Shown one piece after another: positions 54,579-63,912 of a DNA stretch of 64,000 nt. Under the pieces are notes generated by a model. That model saw nothing but the letters and a program-made list of their open reading frames with translations, did no database searches and was not told where the DNA came from. Made by a program: the position numbers and the translations under genes. Location of the stretch: positions 15,983-79,982 of the forward strand of contig PRDI01000058.1 of assembly GCA_003345595.1 (NCBI GenBank), read 5' to 3'. Every line of letters starts with the position of its first letter. Position 1 is the stretch's first letter. Source of the stretch: Candidatus Thorarchaeota archaeon. GTDB taxonomy: Archaea; Asgardarchaeota; Thorarchaeia; Thorarchaeales; Thorarchaeaceae.

Positions 54579-56465
54579 CTAGACTTCTCGTGAGAAGACT
54601 GGTTGCATCGACACGAGCTTAGGCATCAGCAGACGCTGCTTGGGAGCAAACGATGTCTTGTCGCCGATGGTCTTGACCAGCTCAGCGAGAGTCAAGGATA
54701 CTTGGTCTCGTTTCTCACGCCGACGGACAGATATCCGCCCGCTCTGCTTCTCCTGATCGCCGACCACACAGATGAATGGCACCCAAAGCTTCTCGGCCGC
54801 CCTCACCTTCTTCGCGACAGTCATCTCTCTGTCATCAATCTCATATCGGATACCTGACTTGTCCAGCTCGGTGCCGAGCTTCAGGCAATAGTCGAGATAG
54901 GCAGTGTCGACAGGCAAGAGCCTGACCTGCACAGGCGTCATCCACAAGGGTATGTGAGGAACGTTTCCTTCCTTGATGTCCTTGTACGCCTGCTCAAGAA
55001 CACCATACACGATTCTCTCGATTGAGCCCGAAGGAGAGGTATGCAGGATGAGTGGGTGCTTCTCGCTCCCGGCTTCATCAATGTATCTTATGTCGAACCT
55101 CTCTCCATTCTCCACATCGATCTGACAGGTGGCGAGGCAGGCTGCCTTCTTCTGGTCATCTACTACGTTCCACTCACCCTTGAAGATGAAATAGGCATAG
55201 CGCTGGTCAAAGACCTCGATCATGACAGGTTTCCCGATCTTTGCCACGACTCGCTCTATGAAGTCTTCGTTCTCTTCGTAGAAAGATCGAAGTACGCGGA
55301 ATGAAACCTCATATCTGACCTCAAGTTCGTGCATGAGCTTCTCAATGAACACAAGCTGTTTCTCGATTGACTTCTTGGCCATGTCGACATTTGCGACAAA
55401 CTCATGGATGTCAGGCATCGTGAAAGCTCGGGGTCGTCTCATGCCTGCCAACTCACCTGCCAGTTCTCTCCGATATGACGGAGCTATCTCAAAGAGCTTG
55501 AGAGGTAATTGCTTGTAGGAGACCTGAGCCTGCGATATGAGGAGGAACTGCCCGAAGCAGGCGGAGAATCTCGCAAAATAGTCGTGGTCACCAGAACGGA
55601 CCACATACTGACGAGAGGGGAATCTCTGCAAATACGACTTCAGCGACGGATGCGCGTAGTCGTATATCAGCGGCGTCTGAACGACAAATGCTCCGTAGTC
55701 AACCATTTCTGCAGTCACCCTCTCTTCGACAGCCCTCTTGAGTGTCAGGCCGCGTGGGGGCCACCTGAAGTTGCCTGGGTCAGAACCCGGTTCATAGTCG
55801 ACGAGCTCTAGATTCTTCATGATCTCGATATGCGGCGGGGGCTCATGGACGGTCCTGTCCTTTGCTGTTTCATACTTCACGTAGAGCCTGAGCTCCTCAA
55901 GCCCTGAGTAGTCGAACCTGTCCACATCGGTCAGTGTACCATCTGGCTGCATGATAGAGAAGTGGCTGGTGGCCTTCTGTTCAGCAGCCACTGCAGTAAG
56001 GTCCTCACCCCGTGTCACTTCTTTGTCTTTAGTTGCCTGAGTGGTGATGTCAAGCACTTTGGACCTCTCTGCCAGAGGATGACCCTTGCAGTGGATTGAG
56101 AACGCCTTGTACCACCCGAACGGGGCTCTTACGACCTCGTATCCCCTCGACATGAGAGCCTCAGCTACCTCCTTCAGAAGACTAAGAGCATTGGCAGGAC
56201 TCGCCGGCTTCTCACTGAGGTGCACCCAGGGGTAGACCACGACTCTCCGCTCTTTGACCTCATCTGCTGCACTCGCGATCATGTCGGCAGTGAGCCGCGC
56301 AGCAGTGCTGATATCCGTCTGGTCGGGGGTTTCTGCCGCGATGAAGTTCACAAGGCATGAGTCGTTCGTGGAGTATGACTTCTGTTCAACGTCTTCCGCT
56401 TCCTTGAGTGCCTTTCTCTTGACTTCATATGTAAAGCCGTCGGAGTGGATCTGTAGCATTCTCAT
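54579..56465 (-). CDS. thrS: Threonyl-tRNA synthetase, archaeal type with N-terminal editing domain
   Basis: MRMLQIHSD, YPWVHLS, APFGWYKAFSIHCKGHPLAERS, RFSACFG, FTMPDIH, HTSPSGSIER; anticodon-binding C-terminus. Confidence 0.96.
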   Translation of the reverse strand: MRMLQIHSDGFTYEVKRKALKEAEDVEQKSYSTNDSCLVNFIAAETPDQTDISTAARLTADMIASAADEVKERRVVVYPWVHLSEKPASPANALSLLKEVAEALMSRGYEVVRAPFGWYKAFSIHCKGHPLAERSKVLDITTQATKDKEVTRGEDLTAVAAEQKATSHFSIMQPDGTLTDVDRFDYSGLEELRLYVKYETAKDRTVHEPPPHIEIMKNLELVDYEPGSDPGNFRWPPRGLTLKRAVEERVTAEMVDYGAFVVQTPLIYDYAHPSLKSYLQRFPSRQYVVRSGDHDYFARFSACFGQFLLISQAQVSYKQLPLKLFEIAPSYRRELAGELAGMRRPRAFTMPDIHEFVANVDMAKKSIEKQLVFIEKLMHELEVRYEVSFRVLRSFYEENEDFIERVVAKIGKPVMIEVFDQRYAYFIFKGEWNVVDDQKKAACLATCQIDVENGERFDIRYIDEAGSEKHPLILHTSPSGSIERIVYGVLEQAYKDIKEGNVPHIPLWMTPVQVRLLPVDTAYLDYCLKLGTELDKSGIRYEIDDREMTVAKKVRAAEKLWVPFICVVGDQEKQSGRISVRRREKRDQVSLTLAELVKTIGDKTSFAPKQRLLMPKLVSMQPVFSREV

Positions 56466-56572
56466 TCTGGAGACCTACTACTACCCCTGCCTCATGCATC
56501 ACTTAACTTTGGCGCAGAAGCTCCTTCCGGTGCAACTGTGGCTACAGACGCGACAGTAAACCGACCGAATAC

Positions 56573-56857
56573 TCATGGAGGCTGGAATGTGACTTCGGTA
56601 TTCTCTGTAGCCTTGAGTTGCTGCAGATAAGTGGCATCAACAACATCTCCGATTATGTCGATTTCATTGTTAACCAACGCTAGGACCTGTTGGTCGTCAC
56701 TGCTAATCACATTGTAGACAATCTCGTCGACAAAGGGACCCGTGTTGGCCGGGAGATCATGATGCACCCGTGCCTGCCCGATAGGACAGTAGAATGGCAT
56801 CAGTGTTGCGAAGACAACGACCAGCAACACTGCCTTCGTCCATCTCTCCAATGACAT
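56573..56857 (-). pseudogene. Truncated N-terminal fragment of a family-5 SBP, paralog of 57679..59838
   Basis: Signal peptide + GPFVDEIVYNVISSDDQQVLALVNNEIDIIGD, matching GPLIDKLVYKVISGYDDQALALMNNDIDLIGD. Stops after 94 aa. Confidence 0.75.
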
Positions 56858-57678
56858 ACGAATCCGCTTCCTACTGCGAGAAAAGCAGTACCCGTGCCGC
56901 TACCGTCTATTGATCACTGTGAGATGCCAATGACTCGGACCGGCAATAGAAAGAGTAGCATGAGCAGACCCATCGAGTACTGGTCGCTGGGCCTGCTGAT
57001 GCCAGGGTGCTAGCAGCCAGATGAGCCGCTAGCTACCTTCCAGCCCTAGTTGCGAGCTGTGAGATCGGTGACCCTACTCACTATGCTCGTCTACTAGTTG
57101 ACTGGGTCCTCGTGGTTGAGCCTTGGGCATGAGCCGATTTGGCCGCAGTACTCTGCGTCACGGTCGGTTGCTCCTGGTTCTGACGGTTATGCTTGCCACC
57201 ACGAGTCCTGGTGGTGTGATTGTTTCGTTTGCCCACTATCTATCTCACCTCCATGGCATGATAGAAAGCGGACTGCTGTCGCAGTGCATTCTTGCCCGCA
57301 TGACCGGCTGACGCCTTGTGATGTAGATTATTACGACTCAGCAGTCAGACCAATACATGTCGGCAGGAATCCGCAGCTCTACCAGCTGCGAGATAGTGGG
57401 GCGTGTACCGACACGTCAGCGCATTGGGGAGATTGCTCCGTGAGATTGCGACACAATGTCGAACTCCGTGTTCCCCAATTCCAATGAAGTAGATTGCATT
57501 ACTCATGCTGAGGCAGTATCGCCTTCTGTTTTCCACTCATGCATCGAATGCTAATAAAGTTTTACCCGTTTGTTCACTGGAATCGGAGGCTTATCCAGCT
57601 CTCTTCGGTGGGAATTGGCTGGCATATGGCGGGTCGCAACGAAGACAAGATGGTCGTTCTGGGGCCACTGGGGGCAAT

Positions 57679-59838
57679 CTAATCGCCACGAGACGTGAGG
57701 ACTGTGTGTAGATGAGACGGATAAATGGCCGGTTTCTGCTGAAGAGTACTATGTATTCTTGCCGGGTGTCTTGCTTGGATTATCAACGCACTGAACACAA
57801 CAATGACCGCAACTCCAGCTCCAGTGATCAGAGTAGCCAACAGCATGGCAAGACTCTCCCCTTCAATACTTCTCACTATGACCCAGACTGTGTCAGTGGC
57901 ACGCGCTCCAAATGCATCAGTTACAACCAGAGTGTAGTTGTAAGCACTCACGGACAGCCCGTCCACTGTTATCGAAACCCACCGACTCGAATCGTTCAAG
58001 GGACCTGATTCGACTCGTGTGTTGTTGCATGTAATCTCGTAGTGAACAGGGTCTCCAGCAAGCAATGACCACGTTATCCTGTTGCCAGTTCGGCTCTCGG
58101 TATACGTGATGTCTGATGGATAGCTAATGATAGTCGGGGACACAGCAGAGCCGTGGAAGTAGTCGGGGTTCCGGGTGAGTTCAACGAACTCACCGGTCCC
58201 GTATCCGGATATGTTGAAGGGACCTGACGTCACCATGGGTTCTGTTGGTGGGTGCGGGGTCCAGGTGTCCCAGCCGGTGGCACCAATCTCCATGAATACG
58301 TGCTTCGGCATGATCGGCTTGTAGCCAATGGTGTGCAGATGCCAGTATGACTCTGAACCGAACTCAACAACGACCTGTGACTCGCTGGTCGCGTAGGCCG
58401 CTGTCATCTCGGTCAGATCACAACCGAACGGGTTGCCCGCCGCGTCACGATAGTAGTTCATTGTGAACGCCACATCATCAGCGCTCAAAGGCTGACCATC
58501 GGTCCACCTAGCAATCTGATGCAAACTGAATGTGAATCTTGTGTGACCTTCAGGAACTGATGGGTCGTCCTGGTGTGTTTCTGCCACATAGGATTCTGCG
58601 AGCCAAGGCACGTCCTCGCCGTCAGGGCCTCTGATGATCAGACTATCATACAGCTCCTGTAGAATATTCCATGAATAAGCAGAAGAAGAGGCCATGAAGT
58701 TGAAGGTGTCAAGTTCCAGTGAGTTGCTCCATCTAAGTGCACCGCCAAATGGACCGCCCTGCGACTCCTTCAAGTGCACATTGTAGTTGGTCCACCAGGA
58801 ATGTGCACCATCAGCGAAATCGTTGACGAAACCTTCGAACCTGTCATTCCTGTATGCCGAGAAGAGGAAGCTATCATAGCAGACGATCTCTGGACACTCG
58901 TAAACCCATATCTTCTGCATCTCAATAGCGGCCTCATAGACCTCGTCATAGTCTGCGGAGTGAAGGAGCTGCTCCCTCCAGGAATCGTATGACGCATTGC
59001 GAAAGCATGGGAAGTTCCAGTAGGGCTCGTCGGCATACTCCGACCAGAACTCATAGGCAAGCCAGTCGACATCAAAGCTGCTGAGGCTCGTGCCGAGGAA
59101 CATCATGTCGTAGTCAGTATGGTAAATCAGGGACAGGTAGCGGTCCCCCAAACAGTCTTCATACACGGTTGCGTCAACGTGAAGCGCATGGAGCGTGTCT
59201 CTGACGAGGGAGCCAACCTTGACTGCAATGGGTGACGACGTGAGAAGATCGATGGCGACATCAAAGTCCATTCCATTGGGGGCTTCCCTTGTACCGTCCA
59301 TATCTACATCAAAGAAACCTGCGCCGTTGAGCATCTGGTTTCCAAGGGTCAGGTTTCCCTCATAGTAGCTGTACGGCAGCTGGCCCTCGACGGAGAACGG
59401 ATTTCTCTTGGGTATGCATGAATCGAGCGGCTCTGAGAGATTCTCCCATATCACCCTTGATATTTCCCATTTGTCCAGTGCGAAGGCAAGGGCTCTTCTG
59501 AACCCGGTCACGTTGAATGGATACTTGTCGCACTTGATAGTCAGGTATCCGTATCCATTCCTTGGAGTCCTAGCGAATCCGACGTTTCCCGCTTCCTCTA
59601 GTTCTGGCAGGTAGTCTGGATCAACCATGTCTCCTATGAGATCGATGTCATTATTCATGAGTGCAAGGGCCTGATCATCGTACCCTGATATCACCTTGTA
59701 GACCAGTTTGTCGATTAGTGGCCCATGTCTTCTGTAGTCTTCAGCGATCGTTCCAACAGACCCTGATGGCAAGAAGCATGATGTCGAGAAGACAACGAAG
59801 AATGCCAGCATAAGCACTCCCGCCTTGTCAGTCCGCAT
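57679..59838 (-). CDS. Family 5 ABC substrate-binding protein, circularly permuted, with Ig-like repeat and C-terminal TM anchor
   Basis: YPFNVTGFRRALAFALDK precedes LYDSL...PWLAESY...WTDGQPLSADDVAFT...SGPF. Then YNYTLVVTDAFG..ATDTVWV and a TM. Confidence 0.9.
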   Translation of the reverse strand: MRTDKAGVLMLAFFVVFSTSCFLPSGSVGTIAEDYRRHGPLIDKLVYKVISGYDDQALALMNNDIDLIGDMVDPDYLPELEEAGNVGFARTPRNGYGYLTIKCDKYPFNVTGFRRALAFALDKWEISRVIWENLSEPLDSCIPKRNPFSVEGQLPYSYYEGNLTLGNQMLNGAGFFDVDMDGTREAPNGMDFDVAIDLLTSSPIAVKVGSLVRDTLHALHVDATVYEDCLGDRYLSLIYHTDYDMMFLGTSLSSFDVDWLAYEFWSEYADEPYWNFPCFRNASYDSWREQLLHSADYDEVYEAAIEMQKIWVYECPEIVCYDSFLFSAYRNDRFEGFVNDFADGAHSWWTNYNVHLKESQGGPFGGALRWSNSLELDTFNFMASSSAYSWNILQELYDSLIIRGPDGEDVPWLAESYVAETHQDDPSVPEGHTRFTFSLHQIARWTDGQPLSADDVAFTMNYYRDAAGNPFGCDLTEMTAAYATSESQVVVEFGSESYWHLHTIGYKPIMPKHVFMEIGATGWDTWTPHPPTEPMVTSGPFNISGYGTGEFVELTRNPDYFHGSAVSPTIISYPSDITYTESRTGNRITWSLLAGDPVHYEITCNNTRVESGPLNDSSRWVSITVDGLSVSAYNYTLVVTDAFGARATDTVWVIVRSIEGESLAMLLATLITGAGVAVIVVFSALIIQARHPARIHSTLQQKPAIYPSHLHTVLTSRGD

Positions 59839-59985
59839 GGCTCGACAGCTCCCTGCCTTGGTCGGCTAGCTGAGGACGTCAGACCTATTAACATTGTATG
59901 TGTTCTTCTTCCCACATTGTAGAAGGGTCCATGCTGCATCTACGGTGCAACACACCGCCGCACTTATTTCGTCTGAAGCTGACAG

Positions 59986-61422
59986 ATGGAACTCATGAAG
60001 AGATTCGACGTGCTTGTTCTTGGATCGGGTGCAGGTGCGAACGTTGCGGCAAATGCGTACGAGCGGGGAATGAACGTGGCCGTTGTCGACAACGACCGAT
60101 TTGGTGGCACCTGCCTCAACAGAGGCTGCATACCAACCAAGATTCTCACGTACGTTGCTGACCTCATTGTGGACATCGGCAAAGCGGAGAAGGTGAATCT
60201 GAGGGCGAGAGTCGAGGGAGTCGATTTCGAAGGTTTGATGAGTCGGATGCGAAGAGAAACGTGGGAGGAGTCAGAAAAGATAGAGAAGAATATCGCAGAG
60301 AGCAAGGGCTACGAGTTCTACAAGGGGACGGGCCAGTTTGTTGCGGACTACACGATGGATGTCAATGGAGAGAGAATCAGGGCAGATCATGTTGTCATAG
60401 CGTCGGGAGCTCGACCTTCCATTCCTCCAATCAATGGCATAGAGCACGTCCACTATCTCACGAACAAGACGGCCCTCGAGCTGAGCGAGAAGCCTGAGTC
60501 CATGATAATCATCGGAGGTGGCTACATTGCAGTTGAGTTCGGCCACTTCTTCTCTGCCATAGGTACAGACGTCACGATCCTTGAGCAGATGCCAAGGCTC
60601 CTGACGGCCGAGGATGAGGATGTTTCAGCTCTTCTTCAGAGGGAGCTCGCTACCCGCATGAGGGTCTTCACTAACCATGAAGTAGTTGGGGCAAGCGAAA
60701 GCAACGGCATGAAGACGGTGGTGGCAAGGGACAGACAGTCAGGGGCTGAGAGGGAGCTCACAGCAGAAGCTCTGCTGATTGCAGCAGGTAGAGTCTCGAA
60801 TGCGGACCTCTTCAAGCCAGAGAAGACCGGAGTCAAGACTGACCCCAAGGGTTGGATCGTAGTAGACGAGTTCCTCCGGACGACGAAGAAGAACATCTGG
60901 GCTCTTGGCGATGCACTTGGAAAGCATATGTTCAGACATGTCGCCAATGAACAGTCGGGAATAGTGTGGCACAACATTGCAGCTACAATTGAATCGAAAC
61001 GAGGCCAAGAGCCAGAGCTGCACAAGATGGACTATCATGCCATACCAAGAGCTGTGTTCTCGTACCCGCCGATTGCGACAGTGGGTATGACACTGCGGGA
61101 AGCCGCGGAGTCCGGTCGTGAACTCCTTGTGGGACAAACAGACTATGCCACGACTGCAAAGGGCGCAGCCATGGGCTATCCACCGGGCTTTGTCCGTGTG
61201 ATCTGTGATGGACGTGAGGGCACTGTACTGGGAGCCACGATAATCGGACCCGATGCGCCGACGCTAGTCCAGGAGATCACGAATCTGATGAACGCAGGAG
61301 ATCACGGATACGCGCCTATCTTCAAGTCTATTCATATCCATCCCGCATTGCCGGAGGTCGTGCAAGACGCATTCGGCAATCTTGCACCGTTGGGTCACGT
61401 GCATGACCATAGCCTTCACTGA
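59986..61422 (+). CDS. Class I pyridine nucleotide-disulfide oxidoreductase (dihydrolipoamide dehydrogenase/mycothione reductase-like)
   Basis: GSGAG, GGTCLNRGCIPTK redox disulfide, GGGYIAVE, ALGD, HIHPALPE. Confidence 0.92.
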   Translation: MELMKRFDVLVLGSGAGANVAANAYERGMNVAVVDNDRFGGTCLNRGCIPTKILTYVADLIVDIGKAEKVNLRARVEGVDFEGLMSRMRRETWEESEKIEKNIAESKGYEFYKGTGQFVADYTMDVNGERIRADHVVIASGARPSIPPINGIEHVHYLTNKTALELSEKPESMIIIGGGYIAVEFGHFFSAIGTDVTILEQMPRLLTAEDEDVSALLQRELATRMRVFTNHEVVGASESNGMKTVVARDRQSGAERELTAEALLIAAGRVSNADLFKPEKTGVKTDPKGWIVVDEFLRTTKKNIWALGDALGKHMFRHVANEQSGIVWHNIAATIESKRGQEPELHKMDYHAIPRAVFSYPPIATVGMTLREAAESGRELLVGQTDYATTAKGAAMGYPPGFVRVICDGREGTVLGATIIGPDAPTLVQEITNLMNAGDHGYAPIFKSIHIHPALPEVVQDAFGNLAPLGHVHDHSLH

Positions 61423-61446
61423 ATCGAATGTTCAAGTCATTGACGC

Positions 61447-63024
61447 TCAGAAAGATGAGCACACGCATTTCCTGAAATTGGTGCACAGACTGTTGGAGAT
61501 GTGGTCGCGGTCAGCGGTACCAGTGCCGCGATTGCGGATGATCAAGATTGAAAAGACCACGATTGTTATGACCGCGGCGGCAGTCACTATTTGCGTCATT
61601 TGATTCCAGTTCCATGGACTGCCTCCATCGGTAGTAATTGTCGACGAGGTCGAAGTTGCTTTGGATGGGAAGTGGTCAATGCTTCCTGCTGAGCCCGGGA
61701 TCTGATAATCTCCCCCGCCTGAGTAGTCGCTCCAGCTGTTTCCAAGCGCGTTTCCGTCGTCCCAGAGGTTATTGATCCCGTCATCCTGGGCATTGCACTC
61801 ATTGTTCCATCCGATAGTGTTTGCACAAACCAAGTTCCCAGTGCATTCGTACTCTAGTTCCAACCCTGTGACTGTGTTTTGACAGATGGTGTTGTTGATC
61901 AATATGCAGTCTCGGCAAAACTGCATGTCAACTCCGTGTCCATTCCCATGTATGTCGTTCCCAATGACCAACGCCTGTTGCAGATCTATGCAAACCAGTC
62001 CATCGGAGTTTTCACCAATTGTGCTATTCGCTATGTAGGATCTGTCGGACCCAATGCACCAGATTCCCCAGCCGCCGTTGCCTGAAAACAAGCAGTGGGC
62101 CAGCACGCTGCTGTACGAGTCATTCAACATGATCCCCCAAATCATGTTCGAATTGGCCGTTATCCCGTCAAGGAATGTCCTTTGTGACTTCGCGATTGTA
62201 GCTCCATATACACCGAAAGACAGTACACTGTCGTACACTGAGCAGTCCTCGCAGAGGGCCATTGTAATGCCTACCGTCGTGTCGCCAAGTTCGCCTCCAT
62301 GGATCTCGACTCTGCTGCAACCAGCAAGTACTATTTGTCCGTAGTCTACGCCTGGTACCATGAGGTCGTGAGCACTCAAGAAGTAACCCATGGCCTTCCC
62401 ATTGACCGTGTTGCCGACGACAGTGTGATTCCATTCATCTATTGTGTCACCCTCGACTATCAACCCGGTATGAACAAGCCTACTGTCCATTAGAGTGCAG
62501 TGCTTGGACCATGCGAAGTACACGCCATATTGAACTTCGATCACTGTGATATTCATGAGCTCGCAGTCCTCTGAGTTATGGACATCGATGCCCATATAGA
62601 AGCTGTCAAGCAAGCAAGAATCCACGACTCCATTGCGGGTCGATGAGAAGGTTATCGCCCTGCCTTCATAGCTCACATCCGTACTGAAGACTGAGTTTCT
62701 GATGACAAAGTGAGCGTTGACATTAGTTACCCATATACAATAGGCGTTACTGAGGATTGACAGGTTCTCTATAGCGAATGGGAAGTCGTATGAGCCGTTG
62801 CCTTTCCAGCCCTCGGATGCAGCTTGGGCCGCGAAGTCTGCGTCGCCATCTATCCATATTGGATCGTGGTTGCCGGTTGCCGTACTGTGAATTTCATGCG
62901 TTGTTCGGTGATTCGTCAGCCCAGTATCTGACTTGGCCGCGACAGAGGCGGTCAACACAAGGGCCGCTGTGAGCACAAGCAGAGCAATCCTATGCTTACA
63001 GGCATCCAATGGACAATCCTTCAT
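61447..63024 (-). CDS. Right-handed beta-helix (NosD-like) cell-surface protein
   Basis: Signal peptide, HDPIWIDGDADF, repeated GI.l..s..c.i..N units, GNSWSDY...Y.IPG....DHFP, C-terminal TM. Confidence 0.88.
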   Translation of the reverse strand: MKDCPLDACKHRIALLVLTAALVLTASVAAKSDTGLTNHRTTHEIHSTATGNHDPIWIDGDADFAAQAASEGWKGNGSYDFPFAIENLSILSNAYCIWVTNVNAHFVIRNSVFSTDVSYEGRAITFSSTRNGVVDSCLLDSFYMGIDVHNSEDCELMNITVIEVQYGVYFAWSKHCTLMDSRLVHTGLIVEGDTIDEWNHTVVGNTVNGKAMGYFLSAHDLMVPGVDYGQIVLAGCSRVEIHGGELGDTTVGITMALCEDCSVYDSVLSFGVYGATIAKSQRTFLDGITANSNMIWGIMLNDSYSSVLAHCLFSGNGGWGIWCIGSDRSYIANSTIGENSDGLVCIDLQQALVIGNDIHGNGHGVDMQFCRDCILINNTICQNTVTGLELEYECTGNLVCANTIGWNNECNAQDDGINNLWDDGNALGNSWSDYSGGGDYQIPGSAGSIDHFPSKATSTSSTITTDGGSPWNWNQMTQIVTAAAVITIVVFSILIIRNRGTGTADRDHISNSLCTNFRKCVCSSF

Positions 63025-63134
63025 CGCATAGTCCTACCGACTCCATGTGGGAGCCCGGAAATGCTTAAGGCTTTCGTCTAGAATGAAGGGTGCTGAGCCC
63101 GGGCCATGATTCAGCCGTTGCTCTTGTCTTCGGC

Positions 63135-63392
63135 TCAATCGTGCGATAGGACTCCTCCTCCGACGGGCGGGAAGAAGACAACAAGATCCCCTTCCGAGAG
63201 CTTCTGTCCTGTGTCGAAGGTGCGTATCCCGTTTACCATTATTATGCGCGCGTGGTCCTTCGGGAATCCGAGCTTCTCGATGATTTCCGATATGTTAGCC
63301 GTTTCTAGCTCGACTGGGAATGACTCGCCTATTGCTGTGCCCTTCGGTGCGAATGGTCGAAGTGTCGCATAGAGCTTGACATTGACGTGCAT
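63135..63392 (-). CDS. MoaD/ThiS family ubiquitin-like protein with C-terminal extension
   Basis: VNVKLYATLR...IIMVNG...LSEGDLVVFFPPVGGG-VLSHD*. GGTGAG SD before ATG 63392. Confidence 0.85.
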   Translation of the reverse strand: MHVNVKLYATLRPFAPKGTAIGESFPVELETANISEIIEKLGFPKDHARIIMVNGIRTFDTGQKLSEGDLVVFFPPVGGGVLSHD

Positions 63393-63401
63393 GCTTCTCA
63401 C

Positions 63402-63761
63402 CTAATAGTAGTCGACATCGAGCTCGCCTCGGGTGTAGCCATGACCTTTCAGATGCTGTCCTCCGCACAGTAGGACCATGTTGTACGGAAACAGTGCCAC
63501 TCTTGCTCCACTTGGTACGATATCTGACTTCTTTGCAAGAGTTCCGTCTATGAAGCAATCACCAAGCTGTTCAGGAGTGAGACCCATGCGGCTTGTAAGC
63601 TGTTCGAAAGTCTCGTTCATAACATGGGCGACCCACATCACTGTGTCTTCGTCGGGCCGGCTCCCCGGTACGAGGGACCTGAGCTCGCCGTACAGATGGA
63701 TCTCGATCCGTGGTGGGCCTTGCGCTGTTGCCTCATGCATGTGCTGCGCCAAATGAGTCAT
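63402..63761 (-). CDS. Beta-grasp (ThiS/MoaD-like) protein with internal GG and long tail
   Basis: IEIHLYGELR...CFIDG...IVPSGARVALFP followed by YNMVLLCGGQHLKGHGYTRGELDVDYY. Start moved to ATG 63761. Confidence 0.7.
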   Translation of the reverse strand: MTHLAQHMHEATAQGPPRIEIHLYGELRSLVPGSRPDEDTVMWVAHVMNETFEQLTSRMGLTPEQLGDCFIDGTLAKKSDIVPSGARVALFPYNMVLLCGGQHLKGHGYTRGELDVDYY

Positions 63762-63912
63762 CCCGAATTCATATGGGTCATCGACGGCTCGGGCGCCGTG
63801 CGCCACTTGCCGTGTTCCGTTACATGTAGTCCATCCGTAGGCAAAAGAAGCTTCCTGAAGGTGCTTGATACAAAAGGAGGTAGAGGGGAAAAGTATCCCC
63901 TCTAGAATTGGA

